NCBI GenBank assembly: GCA_021432655.1
Contig: MU271232.1
Coordinates: forward strand, 1-37,057
Source of the DNA: Atractiella rhizophila
Taxonomy: Eukaryota
Direction of reading: 5' to 3'
Length of the DNA: 37,057 nucleotides
Shown here: piece after piece, positions 28,398 to 37,057 of the stretch
Layout of the letters: each line of letters opens with the position of its first letter
How positions within the stretch are numbered: the stretch's first letter is position 1
Made by a program: the position numbers and the translations under genes
The notes under the pieces: generated by a model
Told to the model about the DNA's origin: nothing
Databases searched by the model: none
What the model saw: only the letters and a program-made list of their open reading frames with translations

Positions 28398-28940
28398 ATT
28401 CTCACGCTCGTGTCTGACGTCTGACACGCTGTATTGAAAACACTCAATGATGCCCTATTGACAATTGCAGCCAGGAGAGCTACATGACTCCTCTTGATTC
28501 GACGAGGCATATATTGAGCCCAACACCCATGTCCTTCGTTCCCCTGAAACGTGAAGGACCTTGAAGAATGGCAGCTACTACGCATACCGAACCTCAGCTA
28601 GATGATGATGAAAGTCAAGGTTCATGTCTAAAATTTGCGGCTCAATCAAATCTTGCTATCATAGGGATGTCCTGAGACTACTTGCTGCAAATGTAACGCA
28701 GCGTGTTATTGACGCTCCAGGTTTCAAGCGAGTCTGAAGGTGCAAACAAGGTCAACCTGTTGCATTAGCGTTGCGCTAACATGCGCCGACCTGCGCCCCT
28801 TAAAAGCTTTGCGAACCTGTTGGCGAAATCTTCCCCCAACCTCAAGAAAAGCCCTATCGTCGCTACAGGACTTCTTCTCGAGCCTTATAAACCCCAGCAC
28901 AGAACCATCCTCGCCTGGAACTCTGTAATTTAAAGCAAAA

Positions 28941-30877
28941 ATGAGAGAAGTCATCTCGTGAGTCCCAAGTTTGATTTTTGATGAGAACGGTTGATCTCGT
29001 CGAGATCTTTCTCCTGCTGCTCCACAGCACACTTGGAGGACGCTCTTGAACTAACTTATGCTTTATCTGAATTGAAACTGACGTGTTTGAACGGGAAACA
29101 GTGTTCGTAAGTTGGCATGGCATCACTTGAATCCAACCACTCATTCACAACACTAGACGTTGGTCAGGCCGGTTGCCAGCTTGGTAATGCCTGTGAGCCG
29201 ATCTCCATATCCATGACTGCAAAATCATAACCGTGACCCGCTAAGGCTGGGAACTCTACACCCTTGAGCACGGACTTTCCGCGGATGGAAGGCTCAAGGA
29301 CCAGTCTGCCTCCACTGAAGGATTCTCCACCTTCTTCTCCGAGACTGGAGCCGGAAAATTCGTGCCTAGGAGTATCTACGTCGATCTAGAACCTAACGTT
29401 GTGTTCGTCTTTCCTCATTCTAGTAACTTCAAGTTGTTGACGCGTAGTGGATAGTGATGAGGTCAGGACTGGTACCTACAGGTCCCTCTTCCACCCAGAG
29501 ACGCTCGTCACTGGCAAGGAGGACGCGGCCAACAACTACGCTCGCGGTCACTACACCGTCGGAAAGGAGTTGATTGATACCGTCCTTGACAGGCTCAGGA
29601 GATTGGCTGATGCTTGTACTGGACTTCAAGTAGGCCTTCCAGTTCTTAAATCGCAAATTCGAAGTGCTGATGACGACTTGATAAGGGATTCTTCGTGTTC
29701 CACTCCTTCGGCGGTGGAACTGGATCTGGTTTCGGTGCCCTCTTGTTGGAAAGGTTATCCACCGATTACGGCAAGAAGAGCAAGCTCGAGTTTGCGTACG
29801 CCTTAACCGCCTCACCCTTGATATTTCCCTGCTGATAGGGAATTGCGATTAGTATCTACCCCGCTCCTAAAATGTCGAACTCGGTTGTTGAGCCCTACAA
29901 CTCAGTCTTGACCACTCACACCACCCTCGAACACGTTGACTGCTCCTTCATGGTCGACAACGAGGCCATCTACGACATCTGCAGGAAGAACTTGGGCATT
30001 GTCAGCCCCGGCTATGTCAACTTGAACAGGCTTATCGCTCAAGTAATTGGCCTTTCCGTCACTATTACTCCTGCTCACGATAACTATTGCAATAGGTTGT
30101 GTCCAGCATCACCGCGTCCCTTCGTTTCGATGGTGCTCTGAACGTCGACCTGAACGAGTTCCAGACCAACTTGGTGCCTTTCCCCCGTATCCACTTCCCT
30201 CTCGTTACCTACGCGCCGATCATCAGTCGTGACAAGGCACAACACGAGCAGAACAGTGTGGCCGAAATGACCTACGCTTGCTTCGAGCCCAACAACCAGA
30301 TGGTCAAGTGCGATCCTAGACAAGGGAAGTACATGGCTTGTGCCCTCCTTTTCAGGGGTGATGTCGTCCCCAAGGATGCCAACTCGGCCGTCGCCTCCAT
30401 CAAGACGAAGAGGACCATCCAGTTCGTCGACTGGTGCCCCACCGGATTCAAGGTGAAACTCTGCCCATTCTCTCTTATCCTCTCGGTGATTGTTGTGATT
30501 GACCTCCGGTGCCATGGAACAGCTCGGTATCTGCGCTGAGAAGCCCGCTATCGTCCCCGATGGAGATCTCGCCCCCGTCAGCAGGTCCCTCTGCATGTTG
30601 TCCAACACGACCGCCATCGCCGCTGCTTGGAGCAGGTTGGACAACAAGTTCGACCTCCTCTATTCCAAGAGGGCCTTTGTTCACTGGTACGTCGGTGAGG
30701 GAATGGAAGAGGGTGAATTCTCGGAGGCGAGGGAGGACTTGGCTGCTCTCGAGAAGGGTTCGTATTTCATGGTTCTTCTTGACCAGTACATCATACTGAT
30801 TCGATTGGATCAATATAGATTACGAGGAGGTTGGGATGGAGAATGCTGACGAGGAGGAAGGAGCCGTTGAGTACTAA
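28941..30877 (+). CDS. TUB1: Alpha-tubulin, many introns, including a 5-nt micro-exon at 29102-29106
   Basis: Spliced [24 protein letters not shown]..., [56 protein letters not shown]...EEEGAVEY*. Confidence 0.98.
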
Positions 30878-31125
30878 ACATGGGTTGGAATGTCTTGCGA
30901 CCTTTCTCGAACTTCGAGTGAAATGAACATGACTTTTCCTTAATTCTTGGCCGCTTGACCCTGCCTTGATCATCATAGAGGGCTGGCACCAAAGGGCGAT
31001 CCGATCGAATGATCGCAGGTGGGCCACAGCAAATAAAGGCAAGCAATTGACAAACCTGCCAGTGCAACGTCCAACATCGATCAGGCCGTCGCTTGTCTTG
31101 CTAGCGATTGCCTGTCCAGCACTCC

Positions 31126-32447
31126 ATGGCGCCAACCAACGAAGACCTCCGCTTATACGCTCTCTACTGTTTTGACGTCCTCCATTCCCGTCTCACTTCC
31201 TCCACATCCCCATCGCCCAGATCCCTCCCCGGTTACAAAGACGAATACCCCTTGTTTGTTACTTGGAACATCACCAGCAGCACCAGTAGGAGCGTACGCC
31301 TCAGAGGTTGCATTGGAAACTTTGAGAAGTTGAGGTTGGGCGACGGCCTGGCAGAATATGCTATCATTAGGTGAGGTCATTGTTCTTTATCTGGTGTGGG
31401 CAAGTAGAGAGTGGTGCTGATGGATGCTTGGTTCCTTTACATGTTGTATCTTGGCTTGTCTTTTGTTGACTGTGTTGCTTCGACCGTCAAACGAGAGTAG
31501 CGCCTTCAAAGACCGTCGTTTCAACCCCATCACCTCCCGGGAGCTCTCCCGCCTTGAATGCGGGTACGCTCTTCCTTCTTCCATTCCGTGATCCTTCATG
31601 TATCTTGCATTACTGACATGAGGAGTGGAACAGCATCTCGCTCCTAACAAAGTTTGAGCCGGCCTCTAACTACCTCGACTGGACCATCGGCGTGCATGGG
31701 ATTTACATCAGCTTTCCGAACCCTGAACTGCGGGGATATACCGTCTCCTCCACTTCGGAAGGAGAGGAGGAGGAAGATGATCCGATATCCGAGAACGATT
31801 TGACGAGCGAAGGCGAAATCGAGGTCGACGACACCGAAGAGGAAACCACTATACCTGTTCTCATGCCAACTGTGTTGGAGAAACAGGTAGATACCCCAGG
31901 ATCAGGTTCAGGTTCCAGCTCCACTGCCACCCCTTCGTCGTCCAGTGACTTGTTCTCCCCTCCTGACGCCGGATCAACTACTTCCCTGAATACCCCTACT
32001 CTCACGCGGCCGCCATCGACTGACTCTTCCTCTCGTGCTTCCAGCTCAAAAGTCAAATCACCCTCACTTCTTCGCTCCCATCTTTCCTCTCTGCTCAAAT
32101 CTCAATCTCACAAAACTCAAACACAAACCCAATCCCAATCTAAAGTCAAAAGTCACTCAACCCCAGTCCTGCCCCCACCAAAAGAAGAAAAGGAATACTC
32201 CCTCTCTGACCTCCTCCCGCACGGCTACGGTAACTTGAGCGCAACCTACCTACCGGATGTTGCGAAAGAACAAGAGTGGACGAAGATAGAGACGCTCGAT
32301 TCGTTGATGCGGAAGGCGGGTTGGGATGGAGAGATCACGGAGAGGATGAGGAGAGGGGTGAAGGTTGTGAGGTACCAGTGCTTGAAGGGCGGAGTGGCAT
32401 ATGGAGAGTGGAAGAGGTGGAGAGGTGAAATGGGAAAGAGTGTTTGA
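31126..32447 (+). CDS. AMMECR1: AMMECR1-family protein with a long acidic, Ser/Thr-rich insertion, 2 introns
   Basis: YCFDVL, YPLFVTW, LRGCIGNF, SAFKDRRFNPI, DWTIGVHGIYISF, SATYLPDVAKEQEWTKIETLDSLMRKAGW, VVRYQ. Confidence 0.92.
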
Positions 32448-32628
32448 GGAAATTCGGTGGAACAAGGTAGTTTTTGGGCCGTGAACTTCGAAATTCTTTG
32501 CCAGGACTGTTTGTCGTCTGCTCGACTTGTTGTTGTACTAATCAATGGAACGTAGAATGAAATACAATGTTAGATTACATATGTACCACACTGATTACAC
32601 CTGTTAATGAGATGTGCATAGGAGAGCG

Positions 32629-33011
32629 TTAGGAAGGTAATTGGACTCCCACACTCTCCTCTTTAACCTTCAGAGTGTTCTGCTCCATTGTACCTTTTAC
32701 AGGCTCAGCAAAACTACCTGATTCAAGGGAAAGAAGACGTACTCCAAGGCCGTCGATCCATAGGACACTGATTCTTCGAATTGGGACTATTAAGCCACTT
32801 TAAGAGACAATGCATATGAAAGACATGGGTGCATTCTCCCCAAACTATCCCACGTCATGAATGCTCAGCAAATAGTCTAAAGGCAAGAAAAGGCAAGAAA
32901 CTTACTGAGAGGACAATCGTCTCCTGGCACCTTACAGTCCGAGCAACAACCATCAAACGCGATCCTGCAAATTCCACACACGTCCTCCTCCTCATCGTCC
33001 CCGTCTTCAGC
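32629..33011 (-). CDS. APC11: APC/C subunit 11 RING-H2, 3' part (last exon and stop uncertain)
   Basis: [44 protein letters not shown]...CPMDRRPW. Confidence 0.93.
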
Positions 33012-34367
33012 GGCGGGCGGAGGAAGAAGTTTAGAGCGTGGACGCCTCGTCGCCTTTACCACCGACAGCGTCTTTAGTATCCACCTCCCCCGACCTAGTG
33101 TCCACCCCCCGGCTTAACAAAGACGCAGCCTAAGCCACCACATCCCTCGCCCACACCGACTCTCCTCCTCCTCCGCCTCCGCCTCCGCAGACCATAGCTG
33201 TAACCTAATACTCCACGCAACTTTGGCCCTCCCCCTCCTCCCTTTCTTCCAGCCTGCCCCTCCAGCACACCACCAGCACCCCTCCCTTGCTACCCGCTCC
33301 ACCATCTCTCACTCCGCCTCCGCCGTACCCGTACGGAACAACACTACCCTTCATCTGACCTCCACGCCAGTACACACTCCCTTTGCCTCGCCCACCATTC
33401 ATGACTCCTACGTACCCTTGCACCACGCCGTAGACGTAGACGTACCGCCGTAACCTCCTCCCTTCACGACAACAACAACCACTACAACTCCTAACCCGAC
33501 CCCTACTGCCTGCGAACCCGCCAACTTCTCACCAACACCACTCGGACATTTACGTAGTCTATGTTAACGTCGCTATGTTTCATTCCATCTCTTGCGTGGT
33601 AGTAGACAGAACTTAGCAAATCCCCCTCCACCCGGCAGTCCCTCTCCCTATAGCAGCAGTCTCAGAAGGAGAAGAAAGACACCACCACCACCTGGTCCTC
33701 CTTCTCCCTACAGCAGGAGTAGCGAGAGTAGCGGAAGTCCGAGTAGGAGTAGGAGTGGCAGTAGTAGAAGGCGTAGGCGATGTGGCACGGCAGTAATGGG
33801 TAGCAGACCGTTCTTTCTATCTTTCTGTCTGCGTGCGGAAAGTTCCATTCCGTAAGGACCACCACCTTGGGGTATACCTAACATCTGCCCTAGTATTATT
33901 TGCGAGAAAAACCCTAAGTGGTCGCAAGGTAGGAAGAACTTCTATAAGGAGAGCGGTGGGAAGGAGACGCGCGAGAGGTGGACAAGGAAGTTTAAACTGA
34001 ATATTAGAGGGACACGGACAGGTCCGAAGAATTACTAAAATAGGGAGAGGAGGCCTACGAGGAAGTTTATTAGAAGGAAGCGAAACGACTAGAAGAAGTG
34101 AAGGCGGAACTCGAGAAAGTGGAGAAATAGGACGCAGCCTCACGCCCTTCCCTCCCGCTCCTCCCGCAGCTACGCGAAAACCTCTAGCCTACCCAGAAAG
34201 AACCGCAGGAAACTTCGAACTCTGAAGACTGCGCGAAGAAATAAGAAGAAGTCGAGGAAGACGGCGACTCGGAAGGGACGCCACTTTATCATAGTCGCGT
34301 TTCGTTTCACTCCGTTTCGTTTGCGTGCCATCCGCAGGTACCCTAAACTCCCGAACAAGAAGGGGTA
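33012..34367. CDS. WBP11: WW domain-binding protein 11 (WBP11/Saf1) splicing factor, stored reversed (would be + strand after correction); ATG at 34367-34365
   Basis: Reverse reading: MGKNKPSNPMDAYR|KAQRQKELKKNKEARQK...EDYLKEHPEER...KSVYYDPVYNPYGVPPPGMPY...DDIPLPPGPPP...ATISAAPQVRDLKKEA, with three GTGCGT..AG introns (first 34327-34277). Confidence 0.92.
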
Positions 34368-34593
34368 TAACCCACAGCAAACGAGATCTCTGCGAGCCCT
34401 ATCAACCATAGAGAAACGTCCCGAGATGCGAACGGTCACATCTCTGGAAAGGATCCGCCCGCCTATTCCTATAGTAAGCGGTGTGCACGTGATTGTCTGT
34501 TTTGTGATTTATGTGCGAGGTCACCTCCTAGCTCTAATGCTCATCCCCTTGTTAATTCCCTGCTGGAACTCGACCTTAACCCTGCTCCTCTGC

Positions 34594-34689
34594 TACTTCC
34601 AGTTCTAGTTCCGCATGGTGGGCTAGCGCCAGACCAGGACCTTGGATTTCGTCTTAGTTGGAAACTTGCGAGTCCGCTGTCCCTTGCTC
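34594..34689. CDS. APC11: APC11 N-terminal 32 codons, readable as the plain complement left to right
   Basis: Complement = ATG AAG GTC AAG ATC...: MKVKIKAYHPIAVWSWNLKQNQPLNAQATGNE, in frame with [16 protein letters not shown] starting at 33011. Confidence 0.93.
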
Positions 34690-34891
34690 NNNNNNNNNNN
34701 NNNNNNNNNNNNNNNNNNNNNNNNNNNNNNNNNNNNNNNNNNNNNNNNNNNNNNNNNNNNNNNNNNNNNNNNNNNNNNNNNNNNNNNNNNNNNNNNNNNN
34801 NNNNNNNNNNNNNNNNNNNNNNNNNNNNNNNNNNNNNNNNNNNNNNNNNNNNNNNNNNNNNNNNNNNNNNNNNNNNNNNNNNNNNNNNNNN
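34690..34891. other. Assembly gap (202 N)
   Basis: Run of N. Confidence 1.
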
Positions 34892-34978
34892 CAGGTGACG
34901 AAGAGGAAAGGGGAGATGGAGATGGTGAAGGATGAATATGAGAGCTTCTTGGAGGAGCTGAATGGGATGGAGAAGTGA
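34892..34978 (+). CDS. WBP11: Probable C-terminus of WBP11, in normal orientation
   Basis: VKDEYESFLEELNGMEK* resembles the WBP11 terminal D-Y-x-x-F-x-x-E motif and lies where the corrected gene would end. Confidence 0.7.
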   Translation, partial: QVTKRKGEMEMVKDEYESFLEELNGMEK

Positions 34979-35983
34979 GGTGCCCGTCTCATTCTTGCTT
35001 TTCGTGTATGAACTTCTCACATCGGAATCATCATTCGGTGCCAACTTCTGAAATGCCGTTTATGGACTTCCTCTCAGTCCTTGCAGTTCCTCCTCCTCGT
35101 CACCCATGACCGTCACACTTCAGAGCTCTGTTACTGGCAGTCCGCTCGACACACTGAAACCCTACGCTGAGTAAATAAAGCAGCAACAGCAATTCCCATT
35201 CTATCTTCCTCTTTACCTTCAAAGGCAACCTGTTACAAGGTTTACGACGATTTGTGACGGCAGGCTACAGCGGAGATGTTTCTGACGGTTGTCGATCGTG
35301 CTAAAGAGGTTTGTGTGCTGTCTCAAATTTCAACTTAGCTGATATAACATTGGCGCTGTTGATCAAAGTAAGCTTCCCAACTGTTTGGGAAATCATCACT
35401 AATATTGCGCTAGTGTAAAGGATTTTAGGCTCGTTTCTCAATCTCCTTTGCCTAGCGGCTGAGGATAAGCTTCAGGTCGCTCCAGCTCTCAGCTAGAATC
35501 TATCCTACCCCAGCTCCCTAAGGTGCAGACTCGGCAGTCCTCGACGCGCCGCAACAGACGGAACCTCCTCGAGTATTGATGTGCCAAAAGAGGAAACGAA
35601 TGAGACACAAGAAGGGATATCAGAATGGATGAAACCCAAAGTCGCACACCAGAAGTGGCTGAGACTAGGCATCAAGTCCTCCGTTTTTCCGTTTTGGCTT
35701 TAGTGAGTCATCACCTCTTCTTAACCATTTTCCAGAGCAAGTATCGCAAGGACCTGCGCAAAATGGTCGCTGATGAAAGCAAAAGGGTAAAACTTTGAGG
35801 AGATACAGTTGAGAACGTTTCAAGCTCGCGGTTTCTCCGCTGATTATTTGGTGAAGCAACAAACATCAATGCAACAATCAGTATCCAATGCAACTACTGT
35901 ACATGCTTGAAATGCAGGAAGACCTCGTGCTCCTCGACCGAAACAAGAATGTTCACGACAAACCCAACAGTTCTGTACGCAAC

Positions 35984-37057
35984 TTACCACCCATTTTTAC
36001 TCTTCTTTCTGTTTATTGAGGCTTCTCCCCAAGCGTCATTCGGATTGCTCCACGCCTCTGTTGAGAATGAATTCGCAGGATTTTTGATCAACCAGCTGGG
36101 CGTCGAGGCTGGGTCGGGTGCTTTGTCCTTCCAACCTATTCTATCCGCCTGCTGCTCAAATATGTCGCCATCATTCGAACCGAAGGTGATCCCTGACTTT
36201 GCCTCTTGAAAAGAACTCGACGGCCCCATTGTCATCGAGGTCGATGTCAAAGAATACGACCCCAAAGAATTGATTTTGGGTTCATCCCAGGAGAGCGTGC
36301 CATCAGAGGACGCAAAAGAAATGGATGGCGTGTCCATTACTCCGGCTGCGCCGCCAAATACAATGGATGGAACAGATTCTTGACGAGCAAATGGAAGGCC
36401 AAATGTCGTTTTGTCGTCCATGCCGCCGCTCCCGCCCCAAGCTTCCCGAAGGGAGCTCTGCGAAGCTTGAGTTCTGGGAGACTGGAGCGGGAAGAGGGAA
36501 GAGGAGGCAGGAGAGTCTGACGGTTTCGACCACTGCTTCCGTAATTCCTCCCTCGCCTGTTCGTTCAAATCCATTGTCTGCCTCGTCGGAGGCTCTTCGT
36601 TTTCTTCCGCAACAGGGGATATAGGAGACGTCAGAGGACGGTTACTTTCTGGAGGTACTGATGCTGCACGTTCTACATTTGGACGTGCGAATAGGGTACG
36701 AGCAGGCGAAATGGGCGGTGTTTGTGTGCGTGACGGAGTGGAAGAAGACCGGGCAATCTCTGCTCGAATCCTGTCTACGTCCAAACCAATCGGCACAGGT
36801 TTCGGAGTTTCCACACTAGGAGTATCTGATTGTGGATGTGGTTTGGATGAAGAGGAAGGTGAGATATCGCTAATTGAGCCTCCGTCAACAACAGGAATTG
36901 GATGTGGGCTTTTGGCGGAAATCGATTCCCGAGGAGGGAGCTCGTCGTCAGAAATTCGTGGCGGTAAGTCATCGTCATCATTAGAAGCTTTCTCGGGGCG
37001 GGGTGAATCTATTGAGTTTGTCTTGGAAGGGAGGACTGATCCGTTGGATGTCTTCCG
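35984..37057 (-). CDS. Partial hypothetical protein, disordered Ser/Pro-rich C-terminal region; 5' end outside the window
   Basis: Frame is open from the window end (RKTSNGSVLPSK...) through TPSISFASSDGTLSW...NPNDAWG. No family recognised. Confidence 0.7.
   Translation of the reverse strand, partial: RKTSNGSVLPSKTNSIDSPRPEKASNDDDDLPPRISDDELPPRESISAKSPHPIPVVDGGSISDISPSSSSKPHPQSDTPSVETPKPVPIGLDVDRIRAEIARSSSTPSRTQTPPISPARTLFARPNVERAASVPPESNRPLTSPISPVAEENEEPPTRQTMDLNEQAREELRKQWSKPSDSPASSSLFPLQSPRTQASQSSLREAWGGSGGMDDKTTFGLPFARQESVPSIVFGGAAGVMDTPSISFASSDGTLSWDEPKINSLGSYSLTSTSMTMGPSSSFQEAKSGITFGSNDGDIFEQQADRIGWKDKAPDPASTPSWLIKNPANSFSTEAWSNPNDAWGEASINRKKSKNGW

Larger units (their letters stand above)
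33012..34689. other. Reversed-not-complemented block C (left boundary +/-5 nt)
   Basis: Read right to left without complementing it gives WBP11. The plain complement of its right end gives the APC11 N-terminus. Confidence 0.95.

Noticed and set aside
28975..29075. Possible C/D snoRNA in tubulin intron 1 (TTGATGA ... CTGA)
   Set aside because: Imperfect box C, weak terminal stem and no convincing rRNA guide.
33114..34608. Pro/Arg/Ser-rich ORFs suggesting a mobile element inserted in APC11
   Set aside because: They are by-products of the reversed WBP11 sequence. No transposase, terminal repeats or target-site duplication were seen.

Overview
Gene-dense, intron-rich fungal nuclear DNA, probably basidiomycete (inferred from protein style and short GT..AG introns), from a draft assembly with four N-gaps. 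It encodes THOC5, a Cbk1/Orb6 NDR kinase, a two-repeat Myb factor, two Zn2Cys6 factors, PRP22, a HUT1 nucleotide-sugar transporter, an O-fucosyltransferase-like protein, alpha-tubulin (with a 5-nt micro-exon), AMMECR1, APC11 and WBP11. The main signal is missed by the six-frame track: three blocks, each touching an N-gap (about 11611-12475, 21402-24189, about 33012-34689), are reversed WITHOUT being complemented. One forms a 2.6-kb near-perfect mirror repeat of the HUT1 locus. One hides most of WBP11 plus the missing N-terminus of APC11. One hides the middle of a Zn2Cys6 gene. No known DNA mechanism reverses strand polarity, so these are most likely gap-filling artefacts, and raw reads would decide. 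I found no convincing novel biological system. Smaller leads are a strand-biased GGAC motif cluster, a transporter/glycosyltransferase divergent pair and frequent GTTCGT splice donors.
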